Source of the DNA: Patescibacteria group bacterium UBA1400
Lineage (GTDB): Bacteria > Patescibacteriota > Microgenomatia > UBA1400
NCBI GenBank assembly: GCA_002305125.1
Contig: DBQG01000016.1
Location: forward strand, 1 to 41,937
Length of the DNA: 41,937 bases
Direction: 5' to 3'
Position 1 is the stretch's first letter. Each line of letters starts with the position of its first letter. The notes beneath the pieces are model-generated. The model saw only the letters and a list, made by a program, of their open reading frames with translations. It ran no database searches and was not told the origin of the DNA. Both the position numbers and the translations under genes were made by a program. Positions 1 through 8,440 of the stretch are shown here, piece after piece.

Positions 1-1
1 A

Positions 2-688
2 GTGCCGGTTAAGTTCACCGCTGGATTCAGAAAAAGGATTATAAGCAAAAGACTCGACAACCACAATATCAGGATTAACTTGGGTTAAAGCAGGATAATG
101 TCTATCTTTATAGTTATACTCACTGTTTATTCTTGCCAGCCCCTGTTCTATATTTTCAGCCCCCACACCGTAATTAAGCAAAGTAAAATCAATCTGAGGA
201 TACAAAGACTTAAGCCTTGTTCTAAGATAAGGCATATCTGTACCCATAACGTCTGTCATGGAATCACCTAAAAAAGCAATCGTTTTTTTACCCCTAACCT
301 GACTAATTGCCTGACCAGGCTGAACAGCTTTTGGTTTACTGGTCTCTGATTTAACCACAGATTCTCCTTTAACTTTACCTGTCACATCTTCTTTTTTTTT
401 AGTTTCCGCCTGACTAACAGATTTTAAACTGCTTAAACTGCTGCTTACCTGATTATATGCCAAAAGCCTGGCAAAACCAGAAGTTCCCACTTCTTTATTA
501 CTGCTTCCCCTGACCGTTGTTTTAATTAATTCTGCTTCAGCTACCGGAGTAATAAAATTTTTTGTCTGAGCAAAAGAAAAACCAACCGGCGCCAAAAAAT
601 CGGTAAATTTAAAAGCCGCCCAGGAACTTAAAACAAGACCTATAAATATACCTGTAAAAAGAGTCAAAAAATAGTTTTTAGCCTTCAT
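2..688 (-). CDS. SGNH/GDSL hydrolase family protein with N-terminal membrane anchor (runs off the window start)
   Basis: Not in the ORF track. Hand translation from ATG at 688: MKAKNYFLTLFTGIFIGLVLSSWAAF...KKTIAFLGDSMTDVMG...LNYGVGAENI...PDIVVVES. GDS block I and NxGxG block II are present. Confidence 0.8.
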   Translation of the reverse strand, partial: MKAKNYFLTLFTGIFIGLVLSSWAAFKFTDFLAPVGFSFAQTKNFITPVAEAELIKTTVRGSSNKEVGTSGFARLLAYNQVSSSLSSLKSVSQAETKKKEDVTGKVKGESVVKSETSKPKAVQPGQAISQVRGKKTIAFLGDSMTDVMGTDMPYLRTRLKSLYPQIDFTLLNYGVGAENIEQGLARINSEYNYKDRHYPALTQVNPDIVVVESFAYNPFSESSGELNRH

Positions 689-724
689 TAATATATTTAT
701 CTTTTCAAAACAAAACAACTTTAA

Positions 725-1318
725 TTATTTCAAAGTCTTTAAAAAAAGAGCCATCTTTTCTAAAGCTTTAGCCCGGTGAGAAAGTTTATTTTTCTCCTCA
801 AGACCAAGCTGGGCAAAAGTTTTTCCCCTGCCTTTAACTACAAATAAGGGATCATAACCAAAACCAGCCTTTCCCTGCATTTTTGTTCCGATAATACCTT
901 CACAAACACCACTAGTTACCTTAACTATACCACTTAAAGGATCATAAAAAGCAAGAAAGGCAATAAATCTGGCCGTTCTTTTCTTGTCTGGAAATTTACC
1001 AAGCAGTTTGAGAAGTTTTTTATTTCTGTCCTCATCAGAGCCTGACAAAAATCTTTTGCTTTTAAGACCAAGCTTTCCCGGAAGAGCATCAACTACCAAG
1101 CCTGAATCATCAGCCAGTACAGCCAGGTTTGTTTGCAAACCATAATATTTGGCTTTAAGTAAAGCATTGTCTTTAAAATTTACTCCTGTTTCTTTTGGTT
1201 CAGGACCGAAAAAACCAACATCCTCTAAAGACAAAACCTGAAAACCGTACTTTTCCAACAGCAAACGCGCCTCATTAACCTTGCCCTTTTGTTTGGTGGC
1301 AAAAAGTATTTTTTTCAT
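725..1318 (-). CDS. rdgB: Non-canonical purine NTP pyrophosphatase (RdgB/HAM1)
   Basis: Motifs ADDSGLVVDAL, GFGYDPLF, KNKLSHRAKAL. Confidence 0.95.
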   Translation of the reverse strand: MKKILFATKQKGKVNEARLLLEKYGFQVLSLEDVGFFGPEPKETGVNFKDNALLKAKYYGLQTNLAVLADDSGLVVDALPGKLGLKSKRFLSGSDEDRNKKLLKLLGKFPDKKRTARFIAFLAFYDPLSGIVKVTSGVCEGIIGTKMQGKAGFGYDPLFVVKGRGKTFAQLGLEEKNKLSHRAKALEKMALFLKTLK

Positions 1319-1408
1319 TATTCTTAATTTTAACTAATCAAAATTAAAGTTTAAATGGTTAAATAAAAAAAAGGAAAAAATAAACAAGAGTCTTAGTTTT
1401 AACAAATA

Positions 1409-2236
1409 TCAGGCATACATTCCAATGCTGGCATAACCAACTACCTGGTTTTTAACTCCGGCAGCATCGCCTGAATTAGAATAGTGTAACAGCTTGATTG
1501 TTTCAAAGCCAAGTCTTTGAGCAACCAAAAGGCCTGTTTTTATAGCCAAATGACCACAGCAGACACTTTCCACTCCTGGTTCGGAAAGATTTTTTTTAAT
1601 TGCCTCATTAAGATTTTCAATCCTGCCGCTTTCAATCGCCTTGATTGTCCTTTTATCCACTTTTTGGGCAACCTTATATTCAGGATAATGGGACAAGTCA
1701 GAACTTATTAAAAGCAACGTATCCTGTTTCAGGTTGTCGGCTAAAGCCACAGCAATTTCCGGCAGCTTTCCGGCCAAACTGACATTAAGCAGAAGAGGAA
1801 CAATTTTAGCTTTGGGCAGAACAGTCTGCAAAAAGGGCAGCTCTACTTCTAAACTGTGTTCATAAAAATGATATTTTAAATTAGAACCGATAACAGAATT
1901 TTTTTCCACCAGTTTTTTACCCAAATCCTGATCAACAGGAACTGTTCCTAAAGGAGTCTGCCAAGCACCTCTATCATAACAAGCAGCTGCAGATAATTTA
2001 TTTTGGTGGGAAACTCCAAGCATAATAACTTTTTTAATCTGACTGCCTTCAAGCTGTTTAAAACCCCAGGCAGCTGTTTTACCTGAATAAGCAATGCCGG
2101 CATGGGGAACAGTTAAAATTCTTATCCTACCATAGTTCTTTTTTTCCGCAGCGTCCAAAAAATCGCTGATTTGATCTTTTAAAATAACCTTATCAGCCGG
2201 ATAAAAATTTGAAGCAAAATAAAACGGTCTAATCAT
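1409..2236 (-). CDS. MEMO1-family protein (AmmeMemoRadiSam system protein B)
   Basis: FYP, VPHAGIAYSG, GVSH, EHSLEVELPFLQ, SSDLSHY, YSNSGD...VVGYAS. Start moved to ATG 2236 (MIRP), which fits the family N-terminus better. Confidence 0.88.
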   Translation of the reverse strand: MIRPFYFASNFYPADKVILKDQISDFLDAAEKKNYGRIRILTVPHAGIAYSGKTAAWGFKQLEGSQIKKVIMLGVSHQNKLSAAACYDRGAWQTPLGTVPVDQDLGKKLVEKNSVIGSNLKYHFYEHSLEVELPFLQTVLPKAKIVPLLLNVSLAGKLPEIAVALADNLKQDTLLLISSDLSHYPEYKVAQKVDKRTIKAIESGRIENLNEAIKKNLSEPGVESVCCGHLAIKTGLLVAQRLGFETIKLLHYSNSGDAAGVKNQVVGYASIGMYA

Positions 2237-2377
2237 TTTTCCTGTACTATTATAAAAGAAGAAAAAATTTTCATCAACTATCATTAACCACTATAAAATA
2301 TAAAACAAGCTGTCAAATGTTTGGCAATTTTTAATTTAAACATTATAATTAATAATTATTTTTAAAAAAATTTAATC

Positions 2378-2830
2378 ATGAAGCTTTTCCAAAAAATCCT
2401 AAACTTAATCAAAACAAGAAAAAAACAGCTTAAAATAGCAGGAATTATTATTCTTTACCTTGGCGCCGGCCTGGGTTTTTACTTTGGCTTGTTTGCTAAA
2501 AAAGCCAAATCAGAAACAGAAGTTTTAAACCCGATTGTAAGCCAGGAACCTTCAAAAAAACCAGCCTTTTCCAAAATTCCTGAAGTTTCCATCCCTCCCC
2601 AGCCTTCTTATAAACCAGTCATTAAAAAACCTGCCAGCCAAACCCCTTCTCCAGTCTCCCAATCCAGCCCAAGTCCAAGTCCAAGCCTTTCCCCGTCCCC
2701 ATCCCAGGAAATAACCTCTCCTTCTCCCTCGGCCTCCCCAAGTCAAAACCCCAACCCTTCACCTTCGCTTTCAGCCTCTCCATCTCCTTCAGCTTCGCCG
2801 AACCAAATCCCCTTGCCCGAATCTTCTTAA
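2378..2830 (+). CDS. Single-TM protein with Ser/Pro-repeat extracellular tail
   Basis: Basic N-terminus, one hydrophobic helix, then (SP)n-rich low-complexity region. Confidence 0.7.
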   Translation: MKLFQKILNLIKTRKKQLKIAGIIILYLGAGLGFYFGLFAKKAKSETEVLNPIVSQEPSKKPAFSKIPEVSIPPQPSYKPVIKKPASQTPSPVSQSSPSPSPSLSPSPSQEITSPSPSASPSQNPNPSPSLSASPSPSASPNQIPLPESS

Positions 2831-3045
2831 TCTGTTTAAATTAACCAATTACTTTAATAATTAAGTTAAAGTTTTTTCATCTAAAAAATGACACTTCAAC
2901 GCTTCTTACTCCTTTACTTGTCTTACTGGGATAAGTGCTAAAAAATTTATTTGTCAGAAAAGCTTTTTTAAACTAAAATAAAACCTAGGTTAAAGGAAAA
3001 CTTTTGTTTTCCAATTTTTAAAACATTAAAGTTTTTTAATAAAAA

Positions 3046-4380
3046 ATGATTTTATCCATACCTTTAAAACTTATTATCTCCTTAATCTTGGGTGCTGTTA
3101 TCGGACTGGAAAGAGAAACCTATGAAAAAGAAATCAGCAAACCCCACGATATTCCTTCAGGCGGCCTAGGAGTCAGAACTTTTGCCCTAATCACTTTACT
3201 GGGAACTATCTCCGGGCTATTAAGAAATGATTTTTTCAGTCTGTTTTTAACCATAAATATTGCCTTTATGCTGTTAACTTTAAGCTACTATGTTATTGGC
3301 AGTATTTTAACCAAAGATAATGGCATTACCACTGAGCTGGGCATTATTTTTGCCTACCTAATGGGGGTTTTTATAAGTCTGGAGGTTTTTGCCATTCAGA
3401 TAGTTTTGGCTCTAACCGTAGTTTTAATCCTGATTCTTTCCCGTAAGGCTGAGATAAAAGCCTTTATTTACGGGATTAAAAGATCAGAAATAAATGCTTT
3501 TATCAGTTATGCCCTTATTGCTCTTGTTATCCTTCCTTTTTTACCTAACCAGTCTTTTACTCTTGCCAATATCCCCAATCTGGAAACCATTTTAGCCTCT
3601 TACAATATAAATTTAGGCTTTTTGAAAGATGTAGAAATTATAAATCCCAGCCGCTTATGGCTGATTGTAGCCTTAATAACAGGCGTTGATATTTTTGGTT
3701 ATCTGCTGGAAAAAACCATTGGCCAGAAAAAAGGTTGGCTTTTAACCAGTATTGCCGGCGGTTTTATCTCTTCAACAGCCACCACTCAATCCCTGGCCCA
3801 GCAAAGTAAAAAGTCACCTAATACCAATACCCTGGTAGCGGCAGCTATTTTTGCCAACCTAACCTCTTTTATTCAAATCTTTATCTTGATTGCCCTTATC
3901 AACAGTATGTTTTTAGTCAGAAGTACCTTGTTTATTCTAAGCATTGTCTTAAGTTCATTTGCAGCTGGAATTTTCTTCTTAAAGAAAAAGGAAAATGTTA
4001 ACCTTGACCAAACCAAACAAACCTTAAAACAGGACAAAATCTTTGCCCTTGGCCCAGCCTTAAAGTTTGCCCTGCTTTTTTCTTTAATCAAACTAGCAAG
4101 CAAACTTTCTCTAGTTTTCTTTGGCTCAGGTGGCTTTTTGGTTACAACCGCCATTGCTTCTTTTGCCGGACTGGATGCCATTACCATCAATACTTCCGAA
4201 CTGGTACAAACCACCATCTCTTATCAAACCGGAATTCTGGCTCTGATTTTAGCCAATGCCATCAACCTACTTAGTAAAACTGTTTACAGCTTTGCCCAGG
4301 GTAAAAAAGAGTTTGCCTTGAAGTTTGGCCTAAGCATGGGAGTTGTTATTGCCGCCAGCTTTATAGGCCTTCTGGCTTAA
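3046..4380 (+). CDS. MgtC/SapB-family membrane protein with DUF4010-type C-terminal domain
   Basis: LGAVIGLERE, GVRTFALITLLG, GITTE, GGFISSTATT, GLDAIT; about 13 hydrophobic segments. Confidence 0.85.
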   Translation: MILSIPLKLIISLILGAVIGLERETYEKEISKPHDIPSGGLGVRTFALITLLGTISGLLRNDFFSLFLTINIAFMLLTLSYYVIGSILTKDNGITTELGIIFAYLMGVFISLEVFAIQIVLALTVVLILILSRKAEIKAFIYGIKRSEINAFISYALIALVILPFLPNQSFTLANIPNLETILASYNINLGFLKDVEIINPSRLWLIVALITGVDIFGYLLEKTIGQKKGWLLTSIAGGFISSTATTQSLAQQSKKSPNTNTLVAAAIFANLTSFIQIFILIALINSMFLVRSTLFILSIVLSSFAAGIFFLKKKENVNLDQTKQTLKQDKIFALGPALKFALLFSLIKLASKLSLVFFGSGGFLVTTAIASFAGLDAITINTSELVQTTISYQTGILALILANAINLLSKTVYSFAQGKKEFALKFGLSMGVVIAASFIGLLA

Positions 4381-4652
4381 GAAAAAAGATCAACTAAAAA
4401 ATCAACTCTGTTTTTGATTCCTTTCCAAAAAATAAAAAAGTAGCTTTTTTCCGGAATAAAAATAACGCTTTTACCTGACTTTTGCGGCTCCGGCTCGGCC
4501 GGAGAAATAACCAAAGTCACTTCTGTTTGCGTTTGTTCCTCTGCCAAAGCAATAAGATAACCTGATCTAAACGCTTTCTGATTAAGAACAAAAACAAATA
4601 AAATTAAGCCAAAAATAAACAAAACAAATTTGAGCTTATGTTTAAACTCCAT
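4377..4652 (-). CDS. Small exported/membrane protein; candidate donor-strand anchor of the WxL cluster
   Basis: N-terminal hydrophobic segment, ALA site, then EEQTQTEVTLVISP. Preceded by TTGTTA-N17-TAAAAT ending 6 nt before the ATG. Confidence 0.55.
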   Translation of the reverse strand: MEFKHKLKFVLFIFGLILFVFVLNQKAFRSGYLIALAEEQTQTEVTLVISPAEPEPQKSGKSVIFIPEKSYFFIFWKGIKNRVDFLVDLFS

Positions 4653-4794
4653 TCTTTTATTTTAGAAACTTGACAAAAGAATAACAATATGTAACAGTTA
4701 TTTATATATGATACATTTTGTATGCTTAGTATAAGATGAATGATATAAAGGCATACTTTAATCTAAAAAATAATCTTAATATCTATTTGCTTAA

Positions 4795-5289
4795 ATGAAA
4801 ACTAAACTGCCCAAATTAAAAATCTGTTTTGGTTTTATCTTACTCTTTCTTCTTCTAAGCTTAGCCGTTAAACAAACTTTTAGTGCTTCTGATTTTCAAA
4901 TTCAGTCTCCTGCCATTAATATTGAAAATGAAAAAGCAGAATTTTCTTTTTATCTTACCAATCAAACAAACCAAAACCTTAAACCAAAAGGTTATGTGGA
5001 ATTAAAAAATCAAGCAGGAACTCTGATCTGGAAAAAAGAGATTAACTACCAAACAAGTTTAGCTGCCAGTAAAACCGATAAATTAAGCTTTTTTTGGGAA
5101 CCAAGTTTAAAATCACTAGGTCGGGTTAAGGCTAAGATTGTTGTCAGGGACAGTTTAAAACAACACAGCCAGCAAGAAGAGTTTTCTTTTTTAGTTCTGC
5201 CTAATCTTTTTGGAGGAATGGCCGCAGCTTCTCTGGTAATCTTGGGAAGCCGCAGTATTTTAAAGTTTACCAAACTACTAGTAGTTTAA
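4795..5289 (+). CDS. Exported single Ig-like domain protein (DUF3324-like) with C-terminal TM
   Basis: Signal peptide. LTNQTNQNLKPKGYVELKNQAG resembles the LENQGNVRLEPVG motif of 6053..7024. C-terminal hydrophobic helix. Confidence 0.6.
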   Translation: MKTKLPKLKICFGFILLFLLLSLAVKQTFSASDFQIQSPAINIENEKAEFSFYLTNQTNQNLKPKGYVELKNQAGTLIWKKEINYQTSLAASKTDKLSFFWEPSLKSLGRVKAKIVVRDSLKQHSQQEEFSFLVLPNLFGGMAAASLVILGSRSILKFTKLLVV

Positions 5290-5300
5290 ATTTACAAAGA

Positions 5301-5310
5301 AAGGAGGTGA
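5301..5310 (+). promoter_or_regulatory. Very strong Shine-Dalgarno sequence of the WxL gene
   Basis: AAGGAGGTGA, 6 nt upstream of ATG 5317. Confidence 0.85.
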
Positions 5311-5316
5311 AAAAAA

Positions 5317-5895
5317 ATGAAAATAATCAAAAAACTGATAGCAGCCTTAGCGATGATGGCTTTAGTAGCTGGACCCGCTTTAGCTGCCACAACTGATCAA
5401 ACTAATCTATCACTAGCTGTAACTGCAGGAGCCTTATCGGTTGTCTCCGACGCCTCAGCTGCTTTGGCCGGAGTTTCGGTTTCAACCTCAAGCCAACAAA
5501 CCTATACAGGTTCAGGCTTAGGTAATGACAGCAGTGATATTGCCGTAACCTCAGCCGACACAAGAGGAGAACATACTCCTTCCGGCTGGTCAACCACCGC
5601 CACTTTAACAGATTTGACAAGTGGAAGCGGTGACAGCGTTGATTTAACCAACTTTACCAATAATTTCAGCGCTGTTACTGTTAATTCCGGAGACAGCACT
5701 GGCGTTAGTGCGGGCAGCGGAGCCGGGCTGGTTGATACTGATGATGATGGCGTCTCTGATGTTTTTTCAGTGACTACAGCTTCGGCTGGCAATGGACAAG
5801 GAGAATACCAAGTCGCTATGGGCTTGGATTTAACTATTCCTGCCAATCAACAAGCTGGTACTTATGCTGGAACCGTAGATTTATCGATCCAGTAA
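5317..5895 (+). CDS. WxL-domain cell-surface protein (CscB-like); putative major subunit
   Basis: Sec signal ending ALA; DTRG...GWSTTATLTD and LTIPA...AGTYAGTVDLSIQ match the WxL pattern (DxRG..GWxL, terminal Y-xxx-hydrophobic strand). Confidence 0.78.
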   Translation: MKIIKKLIAALAMMALVAGPALAATTDQTNLSLAVTAGALSVVSDASAALAGVSVSTSSQQTYTGSGLGNDSSDIAVTSADTRGEHTPSGWSTTATLTDLTSGSGDSVDLTNFTNNFSAVTVNSGDSTGVSAGSGAGLVDTDDDGVSDVFSVTTASAGNGQGEYQVAMGLDLTIPANQQAGTYAGTVDLSIQ

Positions 5896-5910
5896 AAAAA
5901 ACAAGGAAAC

Positions 5911-5941
5911 AAAAGACGCTCCAATTTTTGGGGCGTTTTTT
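5911..5941 (+). terminator. Intrinsic terminator after the WxL gene
   Basis: GACGCTCCAA-ttt-TTGGGGCGTT stem (10 bp including G-U) followed by a T run. Confidence 0.8.
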
Positions 5942-5952
5942 GATGGGTAAAG

Positions 5953-5981
5953 TTGACTTTTAAACTATGCATATTTACTAT
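5953..5981 (+). promoter_or_regulatory. Sigma70-type promoter for 6053..8360
   Basis: TTGACT-N17-TACTAT. Confidence 0.65.
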
Positions 5982-6052
5982 ATAAACAGTGCTTATTTAC
6001 TAAATATTTTTTTATCAGCTTTATTTATTTAAAAAAAACAAAGGAGTTTTTT

Positions 6053-7024
6053 ATGAAGAATTATAAACTGTTTTTACTTCTCTTCCTGCTTTTAACTCTC
6101 CTTGTTTCCACCTTTCTTTTAACTGATAAAATCCTGGCTGTTAGCTTTAAAGGCTTGGCTGTTTTTCCTGCTGACTATGAGGCTGGAGAACAAGGCTCTC
6201 AGGCTCATTTTGAATATGAGCTTTATCCGGGAGAAGAAAAACAAGACAGGTTAAGAATCGTTAATAATACAGGTGAAGACAGAACCTTTATTATCTTCCC
6301 CACTGATGGCACCACTACTAAAGACGGTGCTTTTGCCTTAAAAGGTTTTGAAGAAGAAAAACAGGAAGTGGGAAAATGGATAACTTTATCAGAAACTGAA
6401 GTTTTTATCCCCAATGAGCAAGAGGCTCTAGTTGACTTTATGGTTAAAATCCCGGGCCAAATTGAAGTAGGAGATCATTTGGGTGGCATTTCCGTCTTTA
6501 GCAAAGAAGATCAGGAAGAAGAGGAAAACAAAGGCATGGTACTGACCATTAAAACAAGGGTAGGTGTCAGGATTTACATCACTGTTCCGGGTGAAATTGA
6601 AAAAAAATTAATGATTACCGAGTTTACCGGCAAACTAGATAATGACCTTGACAAGATCGTTTTCAGCTTTGGCTTGGAAAACCAGGGAAATGTAAGACTA
6701 GAGCCGGTGGGCGATATTATCGCTCAAAGCACCCTTTTTGGAAGTGGTCAGGCAACCTTTCCCATTAACTTAAGAATGGTGCTTCCGGAAAAACCAACCC
6801 TGGTACCTGTTGTTTGGGAAAATACTCCCTTGCTGGGAAAGTATATGGTTAAAGCCAATGTTAAGTACGGAGATCAACCTCATCAGGTGGCTTATCAGGA
6901 AATAGAGGTTTCCTTTATCACCAAAAAGGCCAAAGTTCTTATCGGTTTAGGACTGCTGGCAGCAGTTATTGTTTTTACCTCTTTGGTTAAAAAAACAACC
7001 AACACCAAGGTAAAAAGAAGATAA
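6053..7024 (+). CDS. DUF916/DUF3324-type WxL-interacting protein (CscA-like) with C-terminal TM and basic tail
   Basis: LYPGEEKQDRLRIVNNT, DGTTTKDGAF, VGKWITL, KIPGQIEVGDHLGGI, RVGVRIYITVPG, LENQGNVRLEP; C-terminal TM followed by KK..KVKRR. Confidence 0.8.
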   Translation: MKNYKLFLLLFLLLTLLVSTFLLTDKILAVSFKGLAVFPADYEAGEQGSQAHFEYELYPGEEKQDRLRIVNNTGEDRTFIIFPTDGTTTKDGAFALKGFEEEKQEVGKWITLSETEVFIPNEQEALVDFMVKIPGQIEVGDHLGGISVFSKEDQEEEENKGMVLTIKTRVGVRIYITVPGEIEKKLMITEFTGKLDNDLDKIVFSFGLENQGNVRLEPVGDIIAQSTLFGSGQATFPINLRMVLPEKPTLVPVVWENTPLLGKYMVKANVKYGDQPHQVAYQEIEVSFITKKAKVLIGLGLLAAVIVFTSLVKKTTNTKVKRR

Positions 7025-7058
7025 CTAAAAGTTTTGTTATCAAAAAAAGGACCTTTTA

Positions 7059-8360
7059 GTGCTTAAAAAAGGAAACTATTATAAAGTCTTAAGCTTAAGC
7101 TTTCTCTGGTTTTGCAGCCTGGCTTTTCCCTCCCCAGGATTAGCTGCCGACCTAGGTATGAAACCAAGCCACACCAAAGATGTTAACTTAAATGAATCCT
7201 TAAAACCAGGTGAAGAAAAAGAGTTTGAATTTACCCTCATCAATCTAACCCAGGACCAGATGACCGTTTCCCTGGAAGTTAAAGACTTAGAAAAAACCCT
7301 GGATTCAGGCGAATATGTGTTTAAACCCTTTTCTGACACTGATGATAATGTTCAGCTGTCAGGATTAATAAGCTTAAAGCAGGAAAAAATCACCCTGACT
7401 CCCGGTCAAAGAAAAACAATTTTTTTAAGTATCAATATTCCCGGCAGCATCCAGCCGGGAGAGTATCTGGGCGGACTTGTAGCCACTAATAGTCAGACGG
7501 ACCGGGAACTGGCCTTAAGCAAACTTGATCTTGTTATTGAAGGCAGTTTAAGCAAAAGCCTTGAGGCTAGCTTGGATAAAGAAATAAATCAGGACAAACT
7601 AACCCTTGTTTTTAACCTAAAAAACACCGGCAATACCAAAATTGACGGCCTGGCCATAAACAGCAAGATTAAAAATACCAAACTGGAAAAAATATTAAAC
7701 CTGGAAAGAGTAACCGTTATTCCTTTTGACTCTTTTATTCTGCCAGGCCAAACCATAACTTTAAAAAAAGAGCTTGCATTTGAACTTGACCCTATCGGCT
7801 TTTACTTTCTGGAGGCAGAAATAAACTATGGGGGTAATCAACCGGAAAAGCTTAAACAAAGTTTTTCCCACAACTCGGTCAAAAAAATAATCATTTGGGG
7901 AGGAGTATCAACTCTGGGCCTGACACTAATAATTTTTCTAAGTCTTAAATTTTTAAAATGGTACCTTAAAAAAAGAAAACAGGCTAAAACAATCAATGAC
8001 CGCTGGAACAGGGTTGTTAATGATCTTTTGGAAGGTAAAAGTTTAGAAAACAGCTTAGATGAGAAAACACTGCAAAAAATAACCGGCGAGCTTAAACAGG
8101 AGATCACCAAATCAATCAAGCAGGAGATTAAAAAATCAGAAGAAAATATCACTAAAAAAATAAAACAAACTTCACGCTATGTTAAGGAAAATATTGAAAT
8201 TTCTAAACTGACTTTGGCAAGGCAAAGTAAAACTTCGCCCAAATATCTGATTTATATGGGTAAAAAAGATAAAAACGATTATAAATCCCTGATGCCGCAA
8301 AACAAGAAAAAACAAGGCAACTTCTTTTTTAAAAGAATAAAAGTTGATAAAGAAAAATGA
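7059..8360 (+). CDS. Second DUF916-like protein with TM and long Lys-rich, coiled-coil-like cytoplasmic tail
   Basis: LKPGEEKEFEFTLINLT, INIPGSIQPGEYLGGL, LKNTGNTKI; TM IIIWGGVSTLGLTLIIFLSL; about 130-aa charged tail. GTG start, exact start uncertain. Confidence 0.72.
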   Translation: MLKKGNYYKVLSLSFLWFCSLAFPSPGLAADLGMKPSHTKDVNLNESLKPGEEKEFEFTLINLTQDQMTVSLEVKDLEKTLDSGEYVFKPFSDTDDNVQLSGLISLKQEKITLTPGQRKTIFLSINIPGSIQPGEYLGGLVATNSQTDRELALSKLDLVIEGSLSKSLEASLDKEINQDKLTLVFNLKNTGNTKIDGLAINSKIKNTKLEKILNLERVTVIPFDSFILPGQTITLKKELAFELDPIGFYFLEAEINYGGNQPEKLKQSFSHNSVKKIIIWGGVSTLGLTLIIFLSLKFLKWYLKKRKQAKTINDRWNRVVNDLLEGKSLENSLDEKTLQKITGELKQEITKSIKQEIKKSEENITKKIKQTSRYVKENIEISKLTLARQSKTSPKYLIYMGKKDKNDYKSLMPQNKKKQGNFFFKRIKVDKEK

Positions 8361-8440
8361 ATCTCTATGAACTTTGAGTCCATAGTATCTTCTTTCAACA
8401 AATCTTTGATTTGAGCAATAAACCTTTGTTAAGATTAAAA

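Noticed and set aside
2888-2941. 17-aa ORF upstream of the MgtC-family gene as a possible leader peptide
   Set aside because: No SD, no Pro-rich or other regulatory codon run, no associated terminator seen.
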